A stretch of 64,000 nt of DNA from Marsupella aquatica (GCA_973895155.1 OZ316898.1:15220330-15284329), one strand, 5' to 3'. Positions 1-13,729 are shown, counted from the stretch's first letter. A program made the numbers and translations. Notes: a model not told the origin generated them from the letters alone.

Positions 1-410
1 AGATTATGCACTTATATAGTTGTGAGTTATCCAAAAAGTGCAAACTCATGGAGGAAACGTGAAGACGCAACGCCATGCAGTTAGCTAGAATTTGCACTTA
101 AGTAATGTGCAATTATAGAGGGATGATCGTATTCCAATAAACGACAGCAAGATCCGCTAACCTTCTTGGCAAACAGAGTTTATGTTGTACAGAGCGGTAA
201 CTTTCTGCCCGTGAATTTACCGAACTACACTATCACGTATCAAACAACCAGAGGGCTTTAATCATCGGCGTAAATCCTGTCAGGATAAGAGGTTACCGGT
301 GTGTAACCATTTCTACAGGGGCTTGTTATAGTCATAATCTGGTGTCCTAAAACTTTGAGTAGATAACCTCTTTCCGGGCAGGAGTTACGTAAGCTAATGC
401 AGGGCAGGGT

Positions 411-550
411 TGGGGTTATAGACTGTAACTTGTTCCCAGAATATTCAAAGAAGCTTCCCGACTGCCGCAGGTCAGTTTGGGCTGGGGTTATAGACTGTAA
501 CTTGTTCCCAGAATATTCAAAGAAGCTTCCCGACTGCCGCAAGTCAGTTT
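411..550. repeat. Near-perfect 72-bp tandem duplication (2 copies)
   Basis: tggggttatagactgtaacttgttcccagaatattcaaagaagcttcccgactgccgca(g/a)gtcagttt starts at 411 and again at 483. Confidence 0.95.
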
Positions 551-1504
551 CTTTTCATATTCTGGACGCAAGGGTTGTAACCCTGCGCCCAGACCTGTGC
601 ATTACCCTGTGCATTACCCTATACGTAATTGTGCAACTTACCCACAACTCCACAACCCCGGGGAGGAGGATAGGTTCGCGGACGGCATCGCTACGGTTCG
701 CAAATGACACCTTAAAGTTCCCAAAGAGCCTGCTAGAGAGGCTCGGGACGAAAATTTTGCCGCGGAAAGTACTCTCTCTGTTCCTCCTTCGCCGGCACGC
801 TCACGTCCCGCTCGCAAACCGGTTGAGGTGCCGGCTTGAATGCTTGATACTTCCCGGCGACCGGGCCACAGAGTGTCCGGAGTCGGGACGAAAGATCACC
901 CCTGATCACTAAATCACTAAAACCTTACTGGTCGACGTCAAGCGAACGGTGATAATTATTCGTCGTTGCGAAGTGTACTGTGATGGGGCCCACAAGGCCG
1001 GAAAGGCAGGCGCATCGTGACCATCAGTATTGAAAATCGACGATGAATATCAGTGAATCATCGCTAATATAAAATAGTAGTGAATAAAGTATGTCAATCC
1101 TCTGGGTTGTATATTGGATAATTGGAAGGGTGCTGAGGCATTGGTCAGATCTCCGGTTCAAGAGCCGGGGAGACGGGATAACGAATAAGGGACGAAGGGC
1201 CGTCAGATCACAATCTGGGGGGATCGGACAGTCGGTGAAAGGAAAGATTGGCTCGGCCAATGGGTGGCCTGTAAGGCATGTATCCTATCTATCTCCGTGG
1301 GATGGGCCATGCATCTGGCGGAGGGGTTTCATTGGGGTTCGAGTTTTCTCGACTTTCATGCCTTCGGTAGAAATCAAGAGAAGACTGATCCATTCTTCCT
1401 CGGAGCCCGTCACACCTTCGTAGAAATTGGAAGGGTTGTGGAGGAATTGAGAAGGGAATTGAGTTTCTCCGTAACGCTGCAGTAGCTGTTCGCAGGTATC
1501 GAAA

Positions 1505-2735
1505 ATGGCGAGCGCCACCATCTCGGCGACGTCCGTAGCATCCAGTTTCTGTGGGTCGTGCAGAGACATCGGATCAGTCGAGAGCGTCTCCAGCGCGAAG
1601 TCCTTTGGAGCGAGCTTCAATGGCTCGAGAGTGTTCGCAGCTACTAAGATCGCGAAGAAGGCCACTAAGGCAGTGAAGACAGTGAAGTCTGCAGCTAGCA
1701 AAGTCGCGAAGAAGGCCGGCTCTGGGGACCGTCCCTTGTGGTTCCCCGGAGCGAAGGCTCCCTTCTGGTTGGATGGCACTCTCGCTGGTGATTACGGATT
1801 CGACCCATTGGCCTTGGGAAAGCCCCCGGAATACCTGCAGTTTGAGCTCGACAGCTTGAACCAGAATTTGGCCAAGAACCAATTCGGAGATGTCATTGGA
1901 TCCCGCATTGATAAGAAGAGCGAGATCAACCCCACTCCCTTCCAACCCTACAGCGAGGTCTTTGGCTTGCAAAGGTTCAGAGAATGCGAGTTGATTCACG
2001 GAAGATGGGCCATGCTTGCGATCGTCGGAGCCCTGTCTGTGGAGGCCTTCACCGGTGTCACCTGGCAAAACGCTGGCGAGGTAAACCTCAATGATTGTTT
2101 CACCCCTGTCTGGACTTGCACTGTCTTGCTCTAGGATTTGCCCTTCGTTTTGCGGGTCAGCCGATTAAGCTTTTATGGTGTCTCTCCTTCTACAGCCAGC
2201 GTCTTTCATGCTTCTGTGATTTGATAGACATGAGCAGCCCATAGACATGCGCAGCGGCAGGGAGACCTTTTGGAATACATCGTTGTCCTTTTGGACTACA
2301 TCTCATTCTCAGTTGTATACATTGGAAGGTGCATAACCTGTTTGGTCTCCCTAATTGTGTCATTTTATTGTGCAGTATGAACTGGTCAACGGAGCTTCGT
2401 ATTTCGGGCTGCCACTTCCCTTCTCCACCACCGGTCTTGTATGGATTGAGGCTCTTATCATTGGCTATATCGAGTTCCAGAGGAATGCCGAGCTCGACCC
2501 AGAGTTGCGCCTCTATCCAGGAGGAAAGTACTTCGACCCACTCGGCCTCGCCTCCGACCCGGAGAAGAAGGAGATCCTAAAGCTGGCTGAGATCAAGCAC
2601 GCTAGATTGGCAATGGTTGCTGCCCTCGGATTCGCTGTCCAAGCTGCAGCCACCGGAAAGGGTCCCCTGGAGAACTGGGGCGCCCACTTGACTGACCCCC
2701 TCCACACCACTATCATTGATACTTTCTCCAAGTGA
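1505..2735 (+). CDS. LHCB4: Chlorophyll a/b-binding protein CP29 (Lhcb4); exons 1505-2080 and 2376-2735, ~311 aa
   Basis: Ser/Ala/Lys-rich transit peptide, [87 protein letters not shown] intron 2081-2375 joins the two ORFs in frame. Confidence 0.97.
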
Positions 2736-5700
2736 CGGTCGAAAAGCATAACAGTTTTCCCATTTCTAGCTGCCTCTGTCAGACTCCTCAGATTTTAAAC
2801 GTTGTAACATGTTTTGTTTTGGAAGTCAATGTAGATAACACATTCAACCCGAAGTTTCTGGTAGCCCGGTGACGCGTAGCTACCTGTGTACGGGGAAGTG
2901 TTTCGTGCGGACTTATGTTGTTGCCATACGATGCCTAATTGTTGAATGCATCATTCGCTATGGAATGGCGAGGAAATTTGTCGATGTCACTAGCTTGTGC
3001 AGTGAGGCTCTCGTAATTGTAAGAGAACTTATTCTCCCATCAAACAACACCGAACTCTCTATTGGCGTGATTATTTTGTAGCAAAACATTAGCAGACCGC
3101 GATCAGGATTTATGTGAAGGTCGTTGGTGACTTGTAGAATCCCGGTTATAAAATCACTTCACACCTTCCGGCCATCGAATTGCCTAGTGTGTTCATTGTC
3201 GCCAAAGACTCTTCCGCATAATCTTGACTGTCCCGTCAAAAGCTCTAATGTTCTGGAAGTCCAGAAGCTCCGTTTGATGCTAGGTCGGTCACGCCTCTCG
3301 GTTGCAGTTAATGGTGTTGGGTCTGCACACGAATGGTTGTTTGTGATCGAGCTTGGAGAAGTCGAGTTGTCTGTTCTTGTCGTATTGATGAGCCTGGACA
3401 CAACTTCCTCTGGACTGTTATCAGCGCAAGTAGCACCCGGCATCGTTGTAGGATTATGATGAAATGGACAAGCACGGCTACTCCCAAAGGAGCGTCGTCC
3501 ATTCCACATAGTTTTCAACCTCTAGACTGAACGAATTGTTAGCTAATGTCAGTAGTTGATCATGAAGCACAAGGTTTGTGGATTTTAGTAACTTATCGTT
3601 GCAAGATAAGTCTTGAACTCTGTCGCAAACGCAGTACAGCCTACTCTTCGAATGATTCGCCTTACCCACTATCGAAGCTAGCCAATGGTGTAGATGACCT
3701 ATTGAGATTGTTTATGACTGCTCTAGGCCCATAAAGATTGATGTGAAAAACTTTCTTCAAACTTCTAGATTTTGAGGATGGTAGTAGATCCTGATGACAA
3801 GTAGAGGACGCCTTTCGTTCAACGAATGCAGCACTCATGAGTAATCTGAAAATGATCCATAATTCCTGCCGGTGGAAAGGTAATGATAGGGGTCCCTACA
3901 AGAGATACCAATTGCGTATGCCAATATGAAAGTCTCTTTACGACTGTCGCAGACCTTTCATCAACACTTCATCACTGCCCAAGTGATGACGATTGTTGAA
4001 AGTTCTGATCAACCAGTGGTGTTGGTCCACTGAAAAAGCTCCAGGTTCCCCAAATCCTAAGGTGGCTCATTGGGTCCCACTGTTCCTCCTGATTGTGCGT
4101 TAATGCAGTAAAGTTCACTCCAAAGATTCCGGTATCAACCACTCCTCCACATGAAGTTCATTCCAAAGATACCCGGAATTAACCACTCATTCATGGTCGG
4201 GGGGCCCTCCTCGTGTGAAATATGTGATGGGTACTTGTATGTTGTGGAACTCCAAAAATCTGAATGGTAATGGGAGCTTTTGGTTAGTAATTTTTCTCGG
4301 AGGTCTCATCAGTTATTGGGATTTTCGGAATTTCCCCAACACACCAGTATCCGTCACATATTTTCCCCACACAAGTCAAAATTACTAATCTGTGCCCACA
4401 ACTAATTCGTAGGTGGGTTTGCTTAACCAGATTAGAGTAATCCACGATAGCCCGAAATTGATCTGGGATACATGGGGACTCATAATTTGTCTAAACTAAT
4501 GCCCTCCCACAGTAAAAGTGGAGAAATGAGAGGGGGGCCAAAACGTGATAAATATTCAACTAATTTCCATGGTGCACCCTAGGCCTTCTAAATTGAGTGT
4601 TAGACTAATATTCTGTGATTGAAGGGAAGTCAGCAAATGTTACCTAAAGGATAGGGCTTTTGTTCCGATATTACAGGTACTCTGAGAGAAAAGACTTGTT
4701 CCAACAGAAACCACTTTTTTCCAAAAAACAACTTTTTGTAATTTCGGAGGACAGGTTCGTTTGTTTGCTTACAAACAAACATAGGTGTCAAGTGAATATT
4801 GCATACATGAATACAGAACCATACATATGCTAGTGTTATGTCAGTTACGGAACTTCAATATCAACATTCATGTCTCTTGACTTTGACTTGAAAAGAAGTG
4901 TTCTGGTCCAGCATCCTGAAAGAATGTCTTTATTGGTTGTTATGAAACCACAGCTCTGTCAGGATCATGAGAGCTAAGCTGTGCTTCGCAACATTCTAAT
5001 CCGATTGTGATGGACGTCCGTCAGGACTTAGGCCTGAAGGGCCTTGGACACTGATGCTCTGGAGATGTAAACAAGGTATTGCTGTTCCGTGCAGACAGGA
5101 TGGATTCAGATCGATCAAGAGCACTCTCGATACATCTTCTAGACAAGGTTGACCGCCACCACCTCGTCTCTTCTTTCTCCTCTTCTAAAATGATGATCAC
5201 TACAACTTCAACATAGTCACTAGATTTTCGTTTTCTTCAACAAGATAGGCGTGATTTCAGAAAACACAGAGCACACGTTCTGCTGCGTTTGCCAGGTACC
5301 CTACTTAGCACTTCCATTTGTCACTGATCCCTTGAAGACATTTTGGATATGATTCAAACCTTCAGACCCTAGTTGAACGGAATGACCCAAAGAACATCAG
5401 TGTGCAGGAACATAAGACGATGGTGCTGGCATGTTTTTCCCCAGAAAAAAAAAAAAAATTCATGTTAGAAATTTGATCCGACTACGGCAGTTTGCTCGTT
5501 TGCTTAATGTTAACCCACCTGAATAATTTCTCACGCTGAGATTCGTCAACACCGAACCGCGGCTGCTATGCTTCACCAGCTGAAAAACATTATGGCACGA
5601 ACTTGTCTGCTTCGAGCTCTACTCTGGGGGGACATCAGCTACTGTACAGTGGGGCCCAGCACAGCACAGCAGAAATTATTGAATCCCCTTTAAACAACGT

Positions 5701-5825
5701 TATGCCTCCTGATGCCAGAGATCATATCCTAGAACCTTTCTGTTGGCCTTGCGGGAAAAGCGTCGGAGAACTTTCCCTTCGTATACACATTTTCCCCCTT
5801 CTACTAGATGAACACAGTATCTTGC

Positions 5826-7046
5826 TCAGGTGGTTGACCGGCGTGACACTAAGTCTTCTCCCTCTAGTCTTATGGAAGAACATGCTGTAACAACTGTGGA
5901 TTCTTGTCCGGACATATCATTCACGACTCTCGGCGAAGCAGAGCGAGAGGAATTGGCGGGAACACGGTCTTTCAACTTTGCGTTCAACGTGACAAGCAGA
6001 GAGTAGGCAATACATGCGTCACTCGCTGCATATGTGATTTGTGCCAAGCTCAAACCGTCAACGGCCCAGTTACTCACCGTCAAACTCTTGATTTTCTTGA
6101 AAGGAATCCCAAGAACTAATTCACAAAGTGTAGCCAACCCTGCTCGTTTCAGATCCCTTCTGTTTAAAGCATCTGCAGCAAGTAATCCGAGGTCTACTTC
6201 CCCACGACATTTCAGTCCGTAGTCATGGAAAAGCTTCTTAGTATCTGCCTTCACTCCCACTCCTGCAAGCTTTACATTCGGATCAGCAAGCAGTTGCTTC
6301 AGGGCATCAGGAATTCGATCGATGTACAGAAGCTGAACTATCAAACATCCATGTTTACCCGCAATCTGAAAGAGAGCTGTCTTGTTGTCCTCTCCTTTGA
6401 ATTGGTTAGGACGCCACTCTATGTCAACTCCGAAAAGACGTTCCCAAGGTGAATATTGCTCAATCCAATCCTCCACACCCTTTGCTGTATATGCCACTCT
6501 TACGACCCAGTTACTCCCAAGTATGGGTATCTCTTGATCAAAATACCCCAGGTCGACAAAAGGAGCAAGTTCAGTTTCACCCAGCTGTAAACCCCATCTG
6601 GAAGATGACGCGGAAGGAGAAGTAACGTTTTCTGTGGATGATGCTGTCTCTGTGGGCCAATCTTGGTCCCAGCCACTTGGCTCGGTTGCCTCAACGCTAT
6701 GCCAGGAGTCCTGCTGCCAGCCTGAACCTCCCCACGGCAACTGCTGTTCATCTTTAACGGGCGCGTCTGGCAGTTGCTTTTCAAATGGGTGCTCTTGATC
6801 TAACCTCGAGCCCTCAACCAAATCATTTTGCGCAACACGAATGCTTCCAGTATGCCTTCCTTCCCCACTCGGATGCCCTTCTCTCCCATCAATAGCTGCC
6901 GCGTGGTGTCCTATTACTAAGTTGGATTCCTCCGCAACATTCAACACGCTCCGGTTTTCTGCTTCGTACTCATTGTTTCCCGAAAGTGTTACATTTTGAA
7001 AACCATCTTCAATGATACTCAAGTCCCTGATTCCCTCTCTTGTCAT
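5826..7046 (-). CDS. WRN-exonuclease-like DEDDy 3'-5' exonuclease with acidic, low-complexity N-terminus
   Basis: ExoI FGVDIEWRP, KTALFQIA, LLADPNVKLAGVGVKAD (ExoII), SNW...AQITYAASDA (ExoIII YxxxD). First ATG at 7046; upstream exons not excluded. Confidence 0.88.
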   Translation of the reverse strand: MTREGIRDLSIIEDGFQNVTLSGNNEYEAENRSVLNVAEESNLVIGHHAAAIDGREGHPSGEGRHTGSIRVAQNDLVEGSRLDQEHPFEKQLPDAPVKDEQQLPWGGSGWQQDSWHSVEATEPSGWDQDWPTETASSTENVTSPSASSSRWGLQLGETELAPFVDLGYFDQEIPILGSNWVVRVAYTAKGVEDWIEQYSPWERLFGVDIEWRPNQFKGEDNKTALFQIAGKHGCLIVQLLYIDRIPDALKQLLADPNVKLAGVGVKADTKKLFHDYGLKCRGEVDLGLLAADALNRRDLKRAGLATLCELVLGIPFKKIKSLTVSNWAVDGLSLAQITYAASDACIAYSLLVTLNAKLKDRVPANSSRSASPRVVNDMSGQESTVVTACSSIRLEGEDLVSRRSTT

Positions 7047-9299
7047 TCTGTTCAATCACTCCAGCTGCGTGCTCCAAATACAGCACCCTCGGCCCGGTCT
7101 CTGTCATTGATATTTACTTGGGACTGTCAGTTCAGATTTTTTTAAATGTCTAGTTTGCATGCCTAGACTAAGGCACAGTCAGTTATTGCCTCCCAGTCAA
7201 TGTCCTGTCATGCGACTGTCGACAGAAACTAGTTTCACCGATTTAGCAGCGTAGCTATTTCTTAGATTGTATCTGTTCATCATCAAGGAAGGTTGTAAAC
7301 TTGAAATCGATAGGAGGTCTCTCTGAGGTTGCAATCTTAAAGCCAACGACCTCCATTCGCAAAACAAACGATCAAAAGACCAATTAAGAAGAACTCCAGC
7401 CGCCCGCAATCATGCCTACCCACTATTGTCGCAGATTAAAATAACGTCCTAAACAGTTCATTCAGAGCACATCCTTAGGCCGAATTTATATGTCAACGAT
7501 TTAAGGGGAATCTTGCAACCCCTGAGAAAACAATTTCAGACCTAGATAGTGTACAGACCATGAGCAAGAGCTAGTGTGCACTAGCCTTAACAACTTCCTG
7601 GCAGTATGCGGATTTGAGATGCAATGTAACTGAATGACGCCGCAAATCGCTCTCCAGACTTAATCAATCCCATGGCTTTTCATCATCGGTGTCAACTGCG
7701 TCGCCCCTTTCTTCCGTGAATTCCTTTCGCTCGCAGTGTACCATATCGCGGTTCTTTCTGTCTCTATCTCCTCCTGAATTTGTTCCCACACAAGTGCAAT
7801 TAGCAATTAGCTCAGCCATATCGGTAGACCTGAAGGAAAGGGAACTGTTTCCATGGCTGCAAGGCCAACACAACCAATTTCTGCTGAAAGAGAGGCCTAT
7901 CCCGTTCTCAAATCCAATTCCATTTCAGTTGAGTTGAGTCCAACTAGATTCTCTGTGGGTCCGGCGCCCAGAAAAAGGCCACACCAACCTAGAAAAGTCA
8001 GGCCAAAATGATCATTCTCTTTAAGCATTCGTTTGCGGGAGCAATTCACTTGCGGTACCTCTTTTTCCCAGGGCTGCATTTGTGTAAGCGGACATCGAGA
8101 GTCCCTCCTCCCTCTGTCCGTCGTCGTCTCCTTCACTAGAAGCCCTATCTCTAGTGAAATATGGCGCGTAGCAGCAGTAGCCGCATTCGTCGGCCTGATC
8201 ACCAGCGTCTCGATGACAAGAAGGTGTCGCCATAGTCGTTGTACTGATCATTCGCACGCTCGTCAGAAGCTCCTTCCGCTCGCTTCCTCTCTGGCTCGCT
8301 CGCAGCTCGGCTCCTACCTACTTTACCGACGTAGCAACATTCAGTTTCACGCCAACGGGGGTTCGATCCGTGTTGAACTAGTCTGTTCCATCTCAACATT
8401 CACATGAGTGGTCTGTTCTTTGGAACCCATGTACTAGGTAGTCTCACATCTAACATTTAGAGGTCGACTCTTCGTGGAAATTCATTTCATACGGCTATTG
8501 ACCTATACCTTGCACAAAATATGTGATTGTGTAAATGGTGTCCTTGAATAGAAAATTTTCTTGTACAAAAAATATCAAACCAAAAAAACTCTCATCATGT
8601 AAAAGATGGTGTACAAAAGATGTCATTGAGAAAGTAATTGAAAAAAACAAGTGTACTAGAGGCAGCGTGAACTTCGAGCCCTATCTATGTCCATGCATTG
8701 CACGATGATTATTGTGACTGTATTGTGCTTGTGATTGGGTTGTCACTACAAGTGCATTATGGTTGTGAAACTCAATTGTCATTTCAAGTGGGCTGTCATT
8801 TTGGCCGTGTGATTGTTGTGAAAGTGTTGCGAAAGTGTTGTCATTCCAGCCATATCATGTGTGCAATCTTGACGGGTAAGGATGTCTTGGGCATCTTAGG
8901 GTCCAGGTGGGGCTGCAAGATGCTATATGGAGGGGGGAACGTTTCTTTTTTTGCCTCCCTATTTTTCCCCTCCCCCGTGCTCTCCGTTTCTTACCTCGAG
9001 TCCTCTCTCCCTTCCTCGTCCCTCCCCCCTACCCCTGTTTCTTCCCTTCAAATTCCATCAATAAGAGAAAAACATTAGGAAGAACAACAAAATTAACCTC
9101 CAAAAAATGAAATTCCCCTCTCAAGAGCAAAAGGCCAAAAACCTTTCTCATAGCAAGGCTGTAGACAAGAGAATTTAATGAAAAATGGAATATAAACTGC
9201 CAATTCACAACCCATGCACGAGGAGTAGACACCCGTAATCATTCCATAACTTAATTATAAAAGAAAAATCTACTTTTATAACAGAGGAGCAAGGAATAT

Positions 9300-9887
9300 T
9301 GTGGTGCGAATACACATCGCTACACAACATACATCGTTTGTCACATACATCCAAACATAGTCACACTGCCACATCACAAACACAAGAGAATGGAATACAA
9401 GTGGAACTCATGTCCACACATGTCCAAAACCCACAATAATCTCAATAGTTCCGAACAATGATCGACGTCAACAATACGCATTCAATCCCGTCCGATCTGA
9501 TCACACACGTATGTCGAGCCAACGCACCTTGCACTCAAGGAATCCATGCTACATAGAGAGAGCTCTCAGCCACCATAGTCACCACACAAGCTCCCCTCTC
9601 CAAGGCTCAACATTAAAAGATAACCTTTCAATGCCTCACAAGACAGAACTACCCTCTCACACAAACCTAACGGAACCTTATTGGCTCATATAGCACACAT
9701 ACCAAACATACAAATCTAGATAGTACGATACACTCTAACACTACCTAGAATGGTGTGACAGCTATCGTGCGCATACATATCGCTACACAACATACATCCA
9801 GACATAGTCACACTGTCACATCACAAACACATGCAAGAGGATGGAATACAAATGAAACTCATGTCCACACATGTCCAAAACCCACAA
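9300..9887 (-). repeat. 3' split direct repeat block B1-GC-A2-B2 of outer retroelement
   Basis: Reverse complement of the 24094-24699 block; A2 matches 57854-58177. Confidence 0.92.
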
Positions 9888-11191
9888 TCGTCTGCCTAGC
9901 TGGGAATAAGGTCCCCTAACTCTAGCTAGCCATGAGTTCTACAAGGTTGATATACACCTTTTTAGGTGCAAAGATCAGGAGGTCAGGTGCACGTGAGCCC
10001 CATCAATCACCTACCTGCAATCCATATCTTCCAAGAGAACACAACTGATATCTAGTTGCCTGGATTCACCGACACTGAGGACACAACCATGATCCACTAG
10101 GAATCACTCCTAACTCCATCTGTACCCCAAACCCATGATCGGCAATGGATGCAACTGGGGAATGAGAGCATTGAAGGATGCTCTCACTTGATCACATACC
10201 ACACACTTAGCTATCAGTTGTTGGACATGAGTGTGCATACCACGCCACCAATACTATGTTTGCAGCAAACTGTAAGTGTGCTTCACACCAAAGTGACCCA
10301 ACTCCTTGTGCTCATGTCACACCAAATGTACTCGTTGTGATGGTTTTGGTACCGCCAATACCTTACCGTCACGTAGTACTCTCAAAAGATGGTTTCCTTC
10401 CCATCAAAACCTCTTGGCTCTTTGCAGAACCATGTCACGCTCCTTGGCATCAACACTGCCACCAATAGAAACAGTGCGCAGGTATTCCAACACTCTCTCA
10501 TCGTTGTGAATATCCTGTTGTCCAACCACAACCTCACCAACATCCATATTTGTAGACTCATCATCTACTTCATCCAATGGAGTAGAGTCCACAAATCCAC
10601 TGCATGTTGGAACCCAACAGAGGAAAGCACATGCATGCCATCCTGGCACCATCTGACTCATCATGCCATGTGGCTCCAGTCTCATCCTCTTGACTGGTAC
10701 ATGGATTGTGACTCAATCCATCCGCATCCAAGTTCACCTTTCCAGGCCTATGCACAACCTGGAAATCATACTCGGACTGTAACAACAATGCCCATTGTGC
10801 AAGCTTTCCTGTAAGCTTGTGTTAAACACCGATTCTTCCCTACAATTAACGTAACATTACCTTCATCATGCCCGTTCGCCTCTGTATTAACCGATTAATC
10901 GTCCAACTGTAGGGTAATCTAGTAAATCGTTTTTGTTCTCCAAATATGTAATTTCAGCTGAATGCTCTTCAATGTCTACTTCTTCTTTCCACTTCTTGGA
11001 TACGATCGACTCAGTTAATACCAATCCTTCCCTGTATACAATTTCTATGAATCCACACCATTCGTGGTAAGTGAAAATGCAAATTGGAATACTTTCTTCC
11101 TTCAGTCATCGACGAGTAATCAAGTGCAAACCAATCGAACAGATCCACAGTTCAATAGGTCTGAGTCTAATTAGTGAGTAGTTCTTCCTAT

Positions 11192-11526
11192 GAGGCTTTA
11201 CACCGTGCCAGGAAATAGGAAAATGATTTCCTGTCATGAGCAAAATTTTACTGTTATGAGCAAAAATGAGATATAAAAAATTTCTCCTTAAAACTCAAAA
11301 TTTTCAAAATATTTTTAAAAATGATCATTTTTGGCTAGCGCCAGGCACTACTATTACTAGCTTGGGGCGCTAGTAAAAAAATGTCAAAAATACAAACCAA
11401 AAAAAAAAATTCCAAAAAAAAATTCTAAAAAAAATCAAAAAATTCTCATCCATTTTGCTGTTTACTGTTTGCTGTTTGCTGTTTCCTGATTCCTTTTTAC
11501 TATTTCCTGGCATGGTGGTTATACCC
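11192..11526. mobile_element. MULE-family MITE (335 bp)
   Basis: Subterminal TIR caccgtgccaggaaatag / ctatttcctggcatggtg; 8-bp TSD cttcctat; right end ggtggttataccc is identical to the right end of the large MULE at 54641; two TAGCGC-N3-GCGCTA-like motifs (11336, 11358). Confidence 0.85.
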
Positions 11527-12556
11527 CTTCCTATCCTCATGTTAGGATTCATGCTTTAGGTGATTGTGATCTTATTAGATCCAATCGCCTCATTGATTCA
11601 CTCTCAAGGAGATCAATCAATTACGTATGTAATGAAGTAAATCAAGAAGAGCTATTTGTAAGTAAAATATTAATTCAACGATTACTCCATTATGTTGGAG
11701 GTGTATGACGACTAGATTGTCATCCTCAAAACACACAAACTCCAGCCAGACCTTACTGCTTATGAGCTATCTATTGGCTTGATTCCGTAAGGTATTACAC
11801 CTCAATGTCCTCACTCTGAGTGAGTTAATCCTCATTCATCCCTGCGGTAAGAAATTGACCGTCTTAACATCCCTTCTCATCGTTCTCTTATCAAGATTGT
11901 AATTTCGACAGACCTAACTCTCTTCATAAGCCTGGCTTATTGAATTGTCTCACTCAATCTTCTCTTTACCTCTCAGTTTTCTCAGTCTCTGAATCCATTT
12001 ACTCTCTGTTCATACTCTTGCATTCAATCTCAATCTCTTCCTGTATCCTTTACTCGCAGTTGTCACTCATTCAAGAACAAATCTCTAGGTTGCACAATAA
12101 TAATCTCTTTACTTCTTAACATCAAAATTCTGCTCACATTTGAGTAGGGAACACTTATACAAACTACTGACCATCTCAAGGGAAGTCTGGCTTTGCCTCT
12201 CAATCAGATTTCCTATTGCAAAAGTGACATTTTGCCCTTTGCCATTGCTAGATTTAAATACCATCTTCCTACAAGGTCTATCAGTTACCAACTGTCCTGC
12301 TATTCTACCAAAAATTGTTATCTAACTGATTGATCAAACATAACCGCATAGCGGTTATTAAACTGCCGATTGCGGTTACTAAACCGCAATCTGTTGTCAC
12401 CCAACTGCTATCCACCACTAACTAGAATTACTGCATGACACATCTCTGTAAGAGGTTTGTGGCTGGAACCATTATTTCCAAACTGCTAATGGTTAAGCTT
12501 CTCACTCTTGAGGTCAAGTTACAGACGTTCGATGTTTCTTCCGGTTCCGCAATGCT

Positions 12557-13042
12557 CTAGAAAACGATTACTTGTTCAGCTGATATTAACCTCCAGTTAG
12601 CACGTTGTCGTTGATCGAGTTCTCGTCCCAACACTAGGTTCCATTTTGATGACATGATTCCCTTGCAAAATTCCTCAACAGCCTCCTTGGTCGTAAAATG
12701 TTGTCGGAAAGCTTGACCATCCATTCCAAATAATTGTTGTCCTGCCTTGTTCCATACACTGCAGTCTCCTTCTCTAATGCGAATCATAAACCTAAACATG
12801 GGTTTCCCTTCTCCAACAGGTTTGCATATATGAATGTCCCAATTTCTGCTAAGAACATTCAATCGCCCTACTCCTATTTGCCTTCTTTGCCTTGCTCTTA
12901 TGCCTAGAGCATAGTCCCTACCATCATCTAACTTTGTATTGCACCCTTCATAACAAAACCCTAAACCTATATTACTCCATATAGCGAAGATTGTTGCGCC
13001 TTCTATTGTTATCATCCCAGCCATCTTACAAAGATTATTCAC
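12557..13042 (-). CDS. Possible RPA70 C-terminal OB-fold-like (ssDNA-binding) protein, probably degenerate, inside the solo-LTR-like insert
   Basis: FCYEGCNTKL...FRFMIRIREGDCSVWNKAGQQLFGMDGQAF resembles the YxxCxxCNKKV...YRLxxxxxD...FxxxAExLxGxxA pattern of Rep_fac-A_C; by-eye match only. Confidence 0.4.
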   Translation of the reverse strand: MNNLCKMAGMITIEGATIFAIWSNIGLGFCYEGCNTKLDDGRDYALGIRARQRRQIGVGRLNVLSRNWDIHICKPVGEGKPMFRFMIRIREGDCSVWNKAGQQLFGMDGQAFRQHFTTKEAVEEFCKGIMSSKWNLVLGRELDQRQRANWRLISAEQVIVF

Positions 13043-13729
13043 GCATACTACTGCACCTCTTGAATACTCTATCTGTTATCTTCTACTTGAAGTTTTGTTA
13101 CTAATTCTACTTAATTATTTCCTTTGTTTACAACTTGTCACACTCCATTAATCACTTGAGAAACTGATGATCAGTGATCAAGGTGAAGGGGTTACCAAAC
13201 AAGTAGCAACATAAATGTGCCACAGCCCACATTGTTGCCAAACACTCTCCCTCATAAGAGCTATACTTAGCTTCTGCTGCATTGTTTGATCTACTGGCAT
13301 ATGCCACAACAAACTCATTCCCCTCATCATCCTTCTGAGTTAGCACTGCTCCAAGTCCTACTCCACTCCAATCAGTGTGTAGCTGAATGGTCTCCCTGAA
13401 ATGGGTCTTCTCAAAATAGGGGATGATGCCAATCTTTCTTTCAACTCCTGAAAGGCATGCTCTTGGTCATCACCCCAAATCCACTCCTGATCCAACTTAG
13501 TGAGTATGGTAGTGAGTAGGGTAGAAGAGATAGCCGATGATTGTCTTTTAGCAATAGTTTGAGCAATCTCTTCCTGCTCAACAATCTGTCTAGCCTTGGC
13601 CAATCCTGCCATAGGTCCATGGACTGTCTGTATGCCCCTAGCTGTAGCCACTACTGTCTCAGTAGGCCGCAAGCTCACCAATGGATGATCTATAACACCA
13701 ACAAAGTGCATCCGGAATTGCTCTACTAC

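Larger units (their letters stand above)
10820..13132. mobile_element. 2.3-kb solo-LTR-like insertion in the RNase H region of the outer retroelement
   Basis: Starts TGTTAAAC, ends GTTTACA; 5-bp TSD gcttg/acttg (one mismatch). Removing it restores gtaagcttgtcacactcc, matching the uninterrupted inner copy near 22160. Confidence 0.8.

Noticed and set aside
258-912. ORFs with internally repeated peptides, and a possible CRISPR-like repeat
   Set aside because: Explained by a two-copy 72-bp tandem duplication; no spacers and no recognisable protein.
1170-1300. GATA/CCAAT light-responsive elements upstream of Lhcb4
   Set aside because: Plausible, but the motifs are too short to support without a mapped transcription start.
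3124-5600. Short ORFs between Lhcb4 and the exonuclease gene
   Set aside because: No recognisable motifs or convincing exon structure; an unrecognised gene or long UTR cannot be excluded.
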